A stretch of DNA of 64,000 nucleotides from assembly GCA_900088475.1 (NCBI GenBank), contig FLMG01000600.1:3388-67387 (forward strand). The letters run 5' to 3'. Each line of letters opens with the position of its first letter. The first letter of the stretch is position 1. The stretch is from Hyphochytrium catenoides (lineage: Eukaryota > Protista > Hyphochytriomycota). Below the pieces are notes generated by a model that saw only the letters and a list, made by a program, of their open reading frames with translations, was not told the DNA's origin and did not search any database. The translations under genes and the position numbers were made by a program. Positions 1 through 12,125 of the stretch are shown in pieces.

Positions 1-1572
1 GCCTTGGTCTTTTCTGGATTTTATATGCTAGTCCCTTCGTCCTTCTTGCTGCCGAATGGGGCATACAATTATCCTTTGGTAGCAGCGGCAACAGCTGGGG
101 ATGTGGGGTACGTAGCTAGACGTTGCTCGGTCAAATTCGCAACGACCTCCAGTGAGAACCTACCAAATGACGTATTATAAACCAACTTTGACAGGCAGAA
201 AAGAAGTGACTAGTCTAGTTCAGTTTGCAGGAGCTCTTCCGGCCGAGGAGACCTCAACATGAAGGTATGTTGCTAAGATTGGAGCTCCTAGGGGCCCTAA
301 CGATACCCAGCTTCAGTTTCTCCAACCTTCAGGGCAAAGTTGGGACAACAAGAGTTTGGGATGAGTAGAAATAAAGTATTAGTAGGGCAGGTAAGTTACC
401 ACACAACACAAGAGCTCTGTGATTCAGGCAGTTTTACTTACACCACCGAACACAGGGACCACCTGACTCTTCCTGGAAAATTTTGATTAGATATTGGGTT
501 GACTATCACTCACTGATGTCGGTAGTTTAGATAGCTCTGGCCCAGCCATCCATTTTGAGACCAGCTTGTGGTGACCACACTTAGTATGGTATATGGTCTA
601 GTCGTATGCACTAAAGACATTATCCCCGGACCCCATCGCTAATCTCAGTTGTTCGTGTAGAAAGAGAACGAGGATTCCCTTTTTGCGTGACTTCTTCTTA
701 GTTTGTTTAAGGCGGAAGCCCTAATAAGTTAGTCTCCAAAAGGTCACGGCCTGGTCTCGTAGCAGCAGGAGCATTAATTAGCTATGGGCATCTTTGCCCC
801 CCCGGGCGGCCGCCGGCCCCAGACAGTCGACCTTTACGTCTTCGGCCTACTCCTCCTAGGGACCTCGAGCGCCAAGGAGATCATAGTAAAATTCCTAGAA
901 AGGTAACTTCTCTCTTCTTGGGGACGTCGTTCATTTGGTGCTTCAGCCCTTAATAAAGTGTCCAAATATTCCTCAACTCTAACAGTGCTTAACTTTATAA
1001 CGCCAAACTCATGATGTGTTACAGACAGCACCCAATATTCGATGACACTTACTATCGTTGACCTTCCTTAGAGTTCAAAATTAGGGCTTTGCGGGAGACC
1101 GCTTCGAAGGTCGAAAAAACAGACTTAGAAAGAACATCCAGACTAGCTCCCTCTTCATCGCCAGTCCTCTTTCTTCATTGTAAGCCTTTGTACAGGGTTT
1201 CCAACCATTGGGAGGTTGCAAAGTGCGGCCCGACACCTGGCATGCACATTCCAAACCCTGTTTACCACACGAACAAATGGCACATAGATCCCAGAGGGGT
1301 AAAATGTAGCTGATTATAAAAGTTTCCCCTATCTTGACAATTCTCGCAACAGCATGTGAAGTAGAAACCCTTTCCGAGATGATGACGGCTGGCCTGGTCC
1401 TTCGCCACCGTACAAAGGATACAACAGCCTTACTCTACAAAGGTAATCAACAACGTAATTCTACAAGAAATCGATCCGTAAAGCAACCGAGAGAACGTCG
1501 CTGGTGGTGAAGGACGAAAAGTGAGCTACCAGCTGCTTCTTGTTTCCACTGCCAATCCGCTGCACCTGCTAC

Positions 1573-1602
1573 TAGCAGACGGAGTCGTAGCAGACGGAGT
1601 CG
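1573..1602. repeat. 15-bp tandem duplication (tagcagacggagtcg x2)
   Basis: Directly visible in intergenic DNA. Confidence 0.75.
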
Positions 1603-2099
1603 TGCCAATAACCTTCTTCCCTCAATTGGTTTTCTATCCTCAAATCATTATTGGACATATGCATTACTACTTTTTGCTCTTACGTGGTGACAACAAGAAA
1701 ATCGATGAGAAAGACAGGAGGATGAGTGCAACAGAGATGGTGGCAGGAGGGCCGTAGTACTGGAGAGGAAAAAAAGTGACAGCAGAGGAAGAAAGTAGTA
1801 AGGAAGAAGCAAAACCAGACAGAGCAAACAGAAGAGAAGATGAGGTTGATCATAACGAGATAGGTCTAAAAAGTTTTGTCCCTCTTCTCTAGGCCAGCTC
1901 TCTCGTATGAACATCACATCACGATTAAGCCCAGCTCCAGAAAGAAAGTAATAAGCGCTTCTTCAGCCTTTCGCCCTCCCCGCTGTCCAACAAATAACCA
2001 TGGCCAAGTAGGAGTGTCATCGCTTTGACATTCATAATAGCTTATAATCTCATAAAAGAAGACTTCTGTGTGGCACTGAATGGGGTCCATCGAGATATT

Positions 2100-2380
2100 G
2101 TTGTCCCTGGATAATCACCTCCTATTGTATGCAATTTGCAGGCAGCTATGCAATCCATGGTATACTCCAATCTCGGGACCAACTCGCTGAAGACGAGTTC
2201 AATACGGAGAAAAGGGTACATAACACACAACAGCGTCATCACGAGGAATACGGGCGTTGCGAGTCGGCCTTGCCATCTTCAGAGGCGTCTTCAGCCTTAT
2301 TTTGTGACCCTGTTGTGAAGTAGAGACGAGCCAGACAGGGTAAGAAGTAACGATGATGTCATGGCCTTGCTTGGTCGGCA
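2100..2380 (-). mobile_element. Possible decayed IS630/Tc1-mariner (DDE_3) transposase fragment
   Basis: Frameshifted VVCYVPFSP / IELVFSEL resembles the YLPPYSPxLNPIExxFSxLK motif. No intact ORF or terminal inverted repeats are seen. Confidence 0.3.
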
Positions 2381-2450
2381 TCTACTGCGTCGACAGGATT
2401 GGCCCAGCGGCCTTCTGGAAAGTATCCTTTAATTACATGATGGCACTAGA

Positions 2451-5257
2451 CTAATGGGTGCACGTATGGTACAACAGTCCATAGAGTTCTTCCTGCCGCC
2501 TTCGCGCGCGGGCATAGATTTGTGTGAACGCATGGTCCGGCTCAACTCGTGTTGACTTATGATCCAATTCACCTGGCAAAAGAGAGCCCAAGTAAGCAGG
2601 AGAAGCTAGAGGAGGAGGAATGGTCGCAAATGGTCGTTCATACGTATCTGGAGCGCAGTCCTCCCAGGCACGCAAGTAGACTTCAGAGAGCCTGCTATAA
2701 GATAAGCTACCCCTTTCAGTGTCGACTCCTGAAACGGTTCTAATATCAATGGCCTTCCCAAGGCATCCGCTACTTATACTGGTCAGTGCTGGGTGGAAGC
2801 GACAACAAGACGCTGCTGCTAGCCGAAGATACCTATAATGTGCTGCCAGGCCTTTGAATTAAGTAGAGCTGCTCCGCTCCCTATAACCGTGAAAGAATCC
2901 GGAAGCACAGGTTCTGCTTGCATTCCCGTTAAAAGTATGCCACCTGAAATAATAGTACTACGAAAGGATCAAGCCTACCTAAGAGCGTTAGAATGGTTGC
3001 TAGTCGCAAAGCGACTGCCTCCATGGACGCACGCAGTATCTGCTCGGATGTTGTGTTCCTAAGGGAGGTTGGGCGGTGCTCATCAGTTATATATTTTGCT
3101 TTTTGACGAATCGTTGCAGACATTAGGAAAGTCATACTTTGTGATGCCTATAATGGCTGCTCGCGCGTGATCACGCCAGCCCGGAGCTCTTTCGCCTGTC
3201 ACAGAAAGGAGGATATTAACGGGACCTTCATCACTCCCTGCCGCAGCCCTTACCGCTGAGAAAAGGAAGAATAGTTAGTCCATGACTGTCTGGAGCTTCT
3301 GCTGCGCAGGAGCTATCTGCAATAAGCCTTCCATTAGCCAAAAACAAGGCTCGACTCGAGCATGCGAACCCATGGTCTGGGTACCCTCCGGGATCTCAGC
3401 TCCTAATGCCGAGTTGCACCACTCGTACACGCTTCCTCCGTCCGTAAGTGCGCCCCCAATAAGGAGGTGATCTTCATCAAGACGATAGCACCAGAGGCCC
3501 GCTGGCACTAGGCCACCGCGCTGTAACCAGAGGAAGTCAAGGCGTAGGGTTGAGAGCCTTGGACAGAGTACCAGCAGATAGAGTATCTTACAGCTTCAAA
3601 TGTAGCATCCGATATAACCACTCTCATGGCTGCACTGGTACCGATTGTCAACGCCACGCGGCTAAGCAGCATAGACAATCAGACGAACGGTAGAGAACCA
3701 ACAAAAAAGAAAAGAGGAGTTCAACCGAGCAAGATTGCCCCCGACTTTGTTTGTATACCTATCAACCGTGCATTTGGATCCAATATTTGCGGCGGCGCCA
3801 TCTCCTACTCCGAGGAAGAAGCTGCATAAGCGCAGGACTGGCCAGCGCTTAGAGTAATGATCTGAAAGCCCCTGAAGACAGCCATCAAAGTTCTGAGAAG
3901 TTTACAGAGGTACAGAGATATGTAAGAATTTGGTGGTTGGGCCGCGAAAGTGATAGCCATGGGTAAATGTAAAGTTGTTACTGACCGCAAGAGGTGGAAG
4001 CATATCAGCCTCTATGCCCAGAATCTCTAGCAGTTCCTTATGCCAACACTTTAGCCTGAAGTTGAGTAGCCCCGTCCATGAGGCTTCACAGTAGCTGACT
4101 GGCACCCGCCCAGCCTTATGTCCTACGGGGACAATGAAACAGCTAAGAGGGTTAGTTTTAGGGTTCAATGGTCCAGCACCAGGCAAGCATGATTTACCAA
4201 ACCGATATGCCCGACGACAGGAGCCAAGGGAAAGCAAACCCCACCTAGAAGAAGGGAGTGTGCGGCACAAGAGGATACCAAAAGAGATCAACTGCTTGTT
4301 TTACCTATCCAAAGGCCCATCAGATGTGAACTGAGAGTCTTCCAGTGCTTCACAGTGGCAAAGGTCTCTGGGTCCCGTTGTCTGAACGCTGCAAGCTGGA
4401 CTGACGCGTACGATTGATGGATTGGAACTCCAGTCTCTTGAACAATTGCCTCCAAGCGACCCAAACGCTCCAATATGTTGTAGAGAATATTCTTACTCTC
4501 CTTGTCGTGGCCTTCCTCCATGAATGATGAATCCCTGCTCGCATACTAAGCGAGAAGAGATAGGTTAGCCCCACCCTTTCAAAATGACAGCCAAAAGCAA
4601 GTCCCTCAGAAGGCTAGTTAATTTCGGGGCCGAAGAGAATACTCTGTGCTTACCGACCGTGAAGACTGGGGTGATTGGCCGGTCCTGGGGTTGGCGGCGG
4701 CCAGCCGACGATCAGAGTGTAAGTAAGTCGCAATGATAAACACTAGGGATACAGGGCGAGTCGGATGTTGCCTGACCTCCATATCTACACCAAAGAAGTT
4801 CATCACAAACGAGTCCAGTCCCATAGCAACGACTCTGTAACTCTCCAGCTTTACTTCCAGAGCTGCGAGACAGTGATCGATGCACTGCTCCACGGTTGTT
4901 TCGATCAAAGATAGATTTGCTTTACCTGTACCGCACCGGTGATAGAAAGAGAGCAATCAGCTGGTTTGTCCTTTGCCCTAAAGAGCTATGATTAAGTGTT
5001 TCTCGACTACGCATTGCGGCTCGGCATCAGCCTTGACGCCATTGTACTTCTACAGTAAACGTTTCCTTACCCTTATCGTCCAGAATGGTCCACTTCAGCT
5101 GCACCATGGTACCCTCCACTAAGGACACCTCTTCTTTGGAGTTGTCACATACCGCGACCCCATCATGGTGGGGGGGACCATGTTGTCTGTAGAGAGTATG
5201 CGCAGAACAGCGTACAGAGGAGGTGCCGATGTCTAGAGTGAGGATGACGTCCTTCAT
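2451..5257 (-). CDS. FGGY-family carbohydrate kinase, gluconokinase (GntK)-like; multi-exon
   Basis: Spliced translation gives the FGGY motifs in order: LDIGTSSVR (exon 1, donor after 5071), GLDSFVMNFFGVD, DRPITPVFT/YAS, TGVPIHQSY, SYCEASWTGLLN, GVGDGAAANIGS, TIGTSAAMR, GLWCYRLD..GGALTDGGS, GERAPGW, ILRASMEAVALRL, WQHIIADALGRPL and a C-terminal EPDHAFTQIYARARRRQEELY. Junctions are GT-AG. Confidence 0.88.
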
Positions 5258-6006
5258 CTGTCAGCCAGTTCCTAGAGCTGCAAGCCACCTCTACCGCTGT
5301 TAAAAACGGTACCAGCGTTGATGCAGGTACTGGTCCTGCACTCACGATGCTTGTTGGATCTTAAAGTGAAGAGTGTTACTAGAATAGAGTTCTGTTTCTG
5401 TCAGCTCCTAATTGTCTGGGAGGCTGCATTCCTTTGTCGCGTGGGTATCGAACTCCTTGCTCTTGTTGGGAAAGCGGCGCTGGCCCCAGCCTACATGTAA
5501 ATGGAGAAGATCTTTGTTTTTGGTCTTTGTCAACCCTCCCTCCCAAGATTGAGATTATTGGCTTGATTGTGGCGTCGTTTCAGGTTCAGGATGTAAAAGT
5601 ACTGCAAGGACTTGACATTGGGTACCTGTTACTTGTACTTGGTCTTTACGACTTGCCTTCGTACAGTTACTGGTACCGGCTTGTGTATGAAAAGGAACAC
5701 TTGGTCGTTTCGGTGTGCATATAAATTTAGGAGCTGGAGCGTGATGGGCGGTCTGATCCCACCCAAGAATGCGCCGCCCCCAAGGTGACTCTCCTGACTC
5801 TCCCGTCAGCTCCTTCCCGAGCTGACCCTATCATATTCCGCCATCGAGGGGTAGATCTATTTTTGCCTCTGCCTGCGTGAAGTATACAGTTCGGAGTCCC
5901 AGCAGGAAGGAAGGAAGAAGAGAGCGAGAGGAGGGAAATAACTGACAGGAACCGAACAGGAAGCCTCCGCGGCAAAGAGAAGAGAGACAGAGAGCAGAGA
6001 CAGAGT

Positions 6007-6057
6007 GAGAGAGAGAGAGAGAGAGGGAAAGAGAGAGAGAGAGAAAGAGAGAGAGAG
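6007..6057. repeat. (GA)n microsatellite within a purine-rich tract (~5900-6300)
   Basis: gagagagagagagagagagggaaagagagagagagagaaagagagagagag is directly visible. Confidence 0.9.
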
Positions 6058-6703
6058 CGCGAAGGGAGAGGAATGCACAGGTACAGGGATAGCAAGAGAG
6101 CTAGAGGGAAGAGAGCTAGAGAAAGGGAAGGAGAGGGAGAGAGATTGTGAAAAGATGGCTCGAACTTCTAGGGAGAATGTTGAGGGCGAGGCAATAAGGG
6201 AAGAGAAGGAGAAAGGAAAAGAGGAATGGACGACTGGATCTATCACCTGCGATAGGCTAAAGACAGGAGAGGCGGAGAGGGATGAAGAGAGAGTGCTTCG
6301 AGTTGGCCATGATTTAGAGACTTGTCTACTTTGTTTTTCTAGGGATCCCCCACCGTAGCCTATTCTAGCAGCGCGTTCAGTGTACTCTAGGATCCAAAGG
6401 GGAGAGGAAGGAGATGTCAAATAATGAACAAGCGGCTTCTGGCTTTAGCGTCTCTATTTTTGGGATGACAGCAGTGCGGACTGAGCTACAGGGACAGCAG
6501 CAGGAGGAGATGTCCTAAAGCTGCAAGCTTAGCCCAAGATCAAACCCGCAAGACGTCCGCCGTGCAGCTGGCATGAGAAGAGAACCAGATTGCTTCTTGA
6601 GAATTTCGTGGTGGCTGCGATCAGTTTGATTATTCGCCTTGCCTCACCGACCTTGGGCCGCCAACAACTAAGGACAAATAGCGAAAAGCGAGAAGAGGAA
6701 CCA

Positions 6704-8429
6704 ATGAAGAGCGCGACCTGGGATCTCTTCCGAGGCGGCGAGCCCGGGCGGAAGAGTCTTGAAGTCGATCGCGAGGACGAGGTCACAGGCCTCTGCTCCG
6801 TTATGGAAGAGCGTGATAGCACCTTCCTCTCTCACGAGGATGCTGTCTCATGGCTCTCAGGCCTTATCTCACCGTCCTCAGCGTCGCTGCCTCGGACGAG
6901 GGACAGCTTACCCCATTTTAGCTTCGAGTCCTTTAGTGGAGTGAGGAGTAGCCAGTACCCGTCACCTGGTAAATTGGGTGGAACCTTGGATGGGGCCGGA
7001 AAGGAATCAGAGAGCCGCGACCCCACCTGTCCTGAGCCAGCCCTATCGGTAATTGAGTTATCTTCTAGCGTGGAACCTGTGAGTCGTCCCATCTGCCCTC
7101 TTCCGAGCCCGGAGCTTCGGCGACGGGAGTTATCAGTCCGTACGCAGCGCGGGTTGCCGCTCCTTCGCGCAATCACCTGCCCAGCACCACCCGCCGCCGG
7201 CCGAAATGAAAGTTGTGGGCTTGAGCCGACGCTTCCGTTCATCGACTCCCCGCTATTTTCTGTGTACAAAGGGGGTCTTTTGTTTCCCTCACTTCAACTT
7301 CCTTCTGACTCTTCGGATCTCAGCTTGAAGCCACGAGTTCAGGAACACCTGCAAAACCTTCCCACAGACAACCTCATGGAATCTCCTCCGCCGACGGGGT
7401 TACGGGAGCTATCGGGAGGTCACAAGCCCTGCAGCATCACAGGTTGCCCAAAGCGGGTCAGGTCGCGAGGACTCTGCAAGGCCCACGGTGGTGGGCGACG
7501 CTGCGTCATTGACGGCTGTCAGCGGTCAAGTCAGGGAGGGTCGCTATGCATCTCCCATGGGGGTGGGAAGAGGTGCGTTGAGCTTGCTTGTATATCCTAT
7601 CCGTGCAACAGTTTACTTATCCACTCTCGCCGGCCATTTCTAAGTCTCTCTTTCCTCTTACCTCGTGGTGCCCTGTAGATGCAAAGTAGAAGATTGTGGG
7701 AAAGCTGCCCAATCAAGAGGTGAGTCCTGCTTCTTTCTCTCACACTTTATTCGACACTGATCTCACGTACCCATGACAGGAATGTGCAAGGGACATGGAG
7801 GTGGCGTTCGCTGCAAGGTGGAGGGGTGCACGAAAAGCAGCCAAGGTAAGGCTGGAACGCCCACCGACGAACTAAACGGAGCTGATATCGAAACGAAAGC
7901 GGGGCAACTGAGTGTTTTCATGCCTCAGGCTCTGGATTCTGTCGGGCCCACGGAGGTGGCAAGAAGTGCAAGGTGGAGAACTGTGTAAAAGGTGCGCAGC
8001 GTGGCGGTTTCTGTGCTGGCCATGGAGGCAGTCGCTATTGCCAGATTCCTGGGTGCTCTAAGAATGATCGCGGGTGGGTAAAGCGCCTTTTGTTATCAAT
8101 GGTCGGCCAAACCATCGTTGCGCTCAATCACACCGGTTCTGTCCGTTATTTTGGCGTTGGTTTGGCGTTGGGCCGTCATCGTCTTTGAGCCCTAACCTTC
8201 GAACTCGTCTTTTGTCTTCAGTGGTGGTTTCTGCACAATGCATGGTGGCGGCAAGAAGTGCAAGGGGGAGGGCTGCGTGAAGCCCTCTCGAACAAAGGGC
8301 TTTTGTATCATGCATTTCAACCAGTACAAGCTTGCCATGGCTTCCAACCCCTCCGAGCAGACTGGGGCCTCCTCGTCAACATTGAAGCCCGGGAGTTCGT
8401 CGACACAGACACAAGCTGTGACAGCATGA
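6704..8429 (+). CDS. WRKY19-like zinc-finger repeat protein (7 x C-x4-C...C-x2-H-GGG), putative DNA-binding regulator; ~5 exons
   Basis: Approximate exons 6704-7572, 7679-7718, 7780-7845, 7929-8073 and 8222-8429 splice to CSITGCPKRVRSRGLCKAHGGG, RCVIDGC..LCISHGGG, KRCKVEDC..MCKGHGGG, VRCKVEGC..FCRAHGGG, KKCKVENC..FCAGHGGS, RYCQIPGC..FCTMHGGG and KKCKGEGC..FCIMHF, after a Ser/Pro-rich N-terminus. The start codon is uncertain. Confidence 0.85.
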
Positions 8430-8659
8430 GTTGCGCCCGCTTCTTTTCTCCTCCTCGTTTTGGATATTTATTTTTCTAACCCACTTTTGCCGCAGGAGCA
8501 CTGCTCCACCAAGTGTGCCTTCACTTTATAGTATGAGCTTTGGCCTATTGATTGACTATGAAGATAGTTCTCAGTGTCCATGAGCTACTTAATAAACCTG
8601 GACTATGATTTTAAAAGAGGCCCTTCGCGTGAGCATGCGGAAGTAGAGTGGAAACGAAC

Positions 8660-8830
8660 CTCACTATGACTGAACTGCGGTGCGTTGTTGGTCCTGGACA
8701 ACCTCGAGCTGGCAACCTCGAGCTGGCCACTGTGAAACGCTCTTCGGTGGCTACGTCTACCGGTTTCCTGTCGCTCGACGCTATGGAATTGTGGTCATGG
8801 CCACCAGAGATCAAGCCATCACTCTGACGG
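8660..8830 (+). mobile_element. Possible decayed pogo/Tc5-type DDE transposase fragment
   Basis: GALLVLDNL, then in a shifted frame AGHC...ARRYGIVVM, interrupted by a 14-bp tandem duplication (caacctcgagctgg, 8699-8726). Resembles LLxLDNxxxH...AxxxxIxL. Confidence 0.25.
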
Positions 8831-9368
8831 CGGAAAGCTTGCTGAGAATAGTCCCACAAGGACGAGGGGGGGAGATGGTTCATTTAAGGGTAGCCCCAGG
8901 ATGGAGGAAAGAAGACGTCGAGTCTGAGAGGGCTGAGAGTGCAAAGAGCTGGCCGTGCATAATCCTCATCAGTCCGCGCCTCTGCTCTTCTTGACCTGTG
9001 GCGACGATGAAGCATCTCCTCCGCCCAGACCACTTCTGGAGGCCTCCTCCCTCTTCCCCTTGCTCCTTCTCGCTGATCAACTTCCTCGCGGAGCTGCTAA
9101 CGCCTCGTTTACACAAAGAAGGTACTCCGGAGTATCTCTTAGCAACTTCTGCGATAATAACCAAAACTAACAGCAGTGTACAACGACAACTTCAACATGG
9201 CCCTCTCAAGCCCGCTGTCGCTATAATTGACAGCGTGAAGTCAAGAACGAAGCAGGAGCGGTTGTTGCAGATGTGCCACCAGCCTTGTTGGCGCTTGACT
9301 CTTGCACTTCTTCTCGCCGCTGTTGCATCTCACCTCATTCCTCCCGTCCCAGGAGCCTTATTATAGCC

Positions 9369-11887
9369 ATGACGATGCTTCTGGAAGTGGGTGGTCCGAC
9401 GTCCGAGCTTGCCGACTCGGACTTGAAGCGACTGCTGATACAAGCGTTGGAGAAGCTTGGAGATCGCCAAAGGGTGATGATCGTGCCCCCAGATTTCACC
9501 AGATTCCATTCGTAGGTTGATATCTCGTGATGCACAGTCCTCCATACCCCTTAAGTTGTCCTTTCAGGAAAGCTGGGGAGCTGACCAAGTTTGCCTATGA
9601 GTTTTATGGGGATGCTGTGAAAGACATCATGCCAGCGCTTGGAACGCATAAAGCTATGAGTGAAGGGCAACTGTCAAAGGTGAGAGTGCATTTTTTACCT
9701 TCGAACCTCAGCACTTGACCTCTACGACCCTGTTAAAGATGTTCCAGGGCATCCCGCACTCCCTTTTCAGGATCCATGACTGGCGGTAAGAGTGACCGTG
9801 TTAGAGCTTTCGAACTATCTGATTCTGTGACCTTTTCACCATGTCTTCTTAACCTTCTCCGGTCAGGAACGATGTGGTGACAATCGGGCATGTACCCGTC
9901 GAGATGGTAGAGCGCGCCAGCGATGGGAAGGTTAAAGAGTCCTGGCCGGCACAAGTGAACAAATTGGTAGGCTAGGTCAGGGAACTCTTCGGGTTACTCT
10001 CCCATTCTGACATGCGGTTCGGCAAAATCGCAGCTGTGGAACGGTGGGCACGACCTCATTCTCTCCATTGGCCAGGTACTCAGGGCTATCACTGAATCGG
10101 GAGAGAAGCTATCGGTTCATTCATTTCCCATCATCCTCAGGTTGTTCCACATGAGGTGATGGGCATGGCGAACTACAATAAGAACATCTTCGTTGGCATC
10201 GGTGCGGATGACCTTTCTTCCTTCCTCTTCTGACATCCTCACCATCATTCCCATCGATTGACCTCAGCTCACCTTCCTTGAACCTCTCTCTCGATCTCTT
10301 TCTCTTCTCTAATAATATCCCTTCACGGACAGGTGGGAGTGAGGCTATTAATTTCTCCCACTTCATTGGCGCTGTATATGGCATGGAGAGGATGATGGGT
10401 AGGACATGCTGCTGGTGATGGCTCCTGTGTCCCTCAAATAACACTTCCAGGCACCTGCAGGCAGGTCCAACAACCCCCTCCGCCAGATATTGAACTATGC
10501 CTCTGACCATTTCCTGGCGGAGAAGCCCGTTGTGTATCTGCAAACAGTCATAGCACGCAGGTAGTAAGAGATCATCGTCCCACTGTACTTCACCACAATG
10601 ACAGATCTGAATCTTAGGGCCGACGGCAAGCTTGTTACCCGCGGTCTTTTCGTTGGCGACGACAGTGAATGCTTTGAAAAAGCAGCCGCTTTGTCTCTCC
10701 AAGTCAATTTCACTATGTTAGAGGCGCCATTAAGGAAGGTTGTCACGGCCGCGGGCCTCCTATTCTTCGCTGGTAGCCCTGGTTCCTTTGACACCGACTT
10801 GTTGTAGGTAGTGGTCTATCTGGATCCGGAAGAATTCCATTCGACATGGCTGGGTAACAAGAGCATCTACCGTACTAGAATGGCCATCGAAGATGACGGA
10901 GAGCTCGTTGTCCTGGCTCCAGGGGTTCAGATGTTTGGCGAGGTAAAATGATGCACCCATCAACAATCTGCCCGTCCATTTAGCGCTTTCTCCTGTATAT
11001 GTTTAGGATGACCAGATAGATGCCTTAATCCGAAAGTATGGTTACCGATCAACGCCGGTAAGTAAGCGTGCAGTGCATGCGTAAATTGGCCACCCAAAAA
11101 CAATCTCAAGAGCACTTATTTCAAGTGTCTGCTGTTTGAATATACTCCTCTGTGCGTCGCATCATCTACTTTGGCCTTCTTCCATGATCTGAACGAATGG
11201 CATTCCTTGCGCTCGGGTTGGTCCTCATCCCTCTCTTGCGCAACCTGTTCTGTGTTTTTAGGAAGTTTTAGAGTTCCTCCGACAGAACCGTGATCTGAGC
11301 AAAAATCTTAGCGCCGCTGCACACCTTATCCATGGCTCTTCCGAAGGTCGGTTTCGCATTACCTACTGTCCAGGCCACCTTTCAAGAGACGAGATAGAAA
11401 GTGTTGGCTATGTCTACGCACCGCTTACCGAGATGTTTAAAAAATACAATCCTGAGGTATGTGACACGTCTTCTAAATGTTAGGAGCGACATCAGGACCA
11501 ACAATTAATCCAATTGCAGACTTTAAATGATGGTTTGAACATTGTGGAAGGCGAGGAGGTATTCTTCATCTCCAACCCGGCTATTGGCCTGTGGGCTTTC
11601 CGTGGCCGTTTCAACGACAGGTGAGACATAAATCTCATTTCATAGCAGGCTAGACCGATGCAAATAGCTCACACGGAGTCTTGTTTAGTGATAAGCCCAA
11701 TCCGAGCCAAACGGCCGCAGCCTCAGCTGAGGCAGAGTTCTCTTCACCCAACAATCGAACAAACTTCAAGCGCAACTCAGTGGCACAAGAAAACCTTGAC
11801 CGTGGCGTCGGAGGAGGGCCTTTCAGACTCATGGATGAGGAAGCAGAGCCTCGGTCATCAAAGCGCAAGAAAGCTGATAAGAAGTAA
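9369..11887 (+). CDS. LarA/DUF2088-family nickel-pincer-dependent hydroxyacid racemase/epimerase (resembles the D-mannonate/D-gluconate 2-epimerase type); 13-14 exons
   Basis: Spliced protein contains PPDFTRFHS, PALGTH, RIHDWR, IGQVVPHEVMGMANYNKNIFVGIGG, INFSHFIGAVYGMERMMG, STWLGNKSIYRTRMAI, LAPGV and AAHLIHGSSEGRF. The core ends at ~11620. It stops at 11624 if unspliced, or a 47-nt intron (11621-11667) adds a tail ending KRKKADKK at 11887. Confidence 0.88.
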
Positions 11888-12125
11888 CAGTCCTCCCTCA
11901 GGCGTTACAATGATAAGCATTCGAATGATTCATCGGTATCTCCTAACAGGTGACACATCGTTATTGGGTGCTTAGGGTTATTTCCTACGCCTCCATCCAC
12001 AGCGGAGGCCACGACACAGTTATAAACATACATTCAACAGAATAAGGGAACTCTCAATGCCGTCTTCTTTGTCTAATTGCTATTACGTGTCCGCATTTCA
12101 GGCCAGGTTAATCTAAGAGGAGGCT

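Noticed and set aside
5727-6420. ORFs 5727-6095, 5857-6420 and 6005-6358
   Set aside because: Products of a GA-rich low-complexity tract (SLSLSL / RERERE), with no domain signal.
8998-9366. 122-aa ORF with a hydrophobic end as a signal peptide for the LarA-like protein
   Set aside because: It is out of frame with the LarA ATG at 9369 and ends in a stop. The region looks like 5' UTR or intron.
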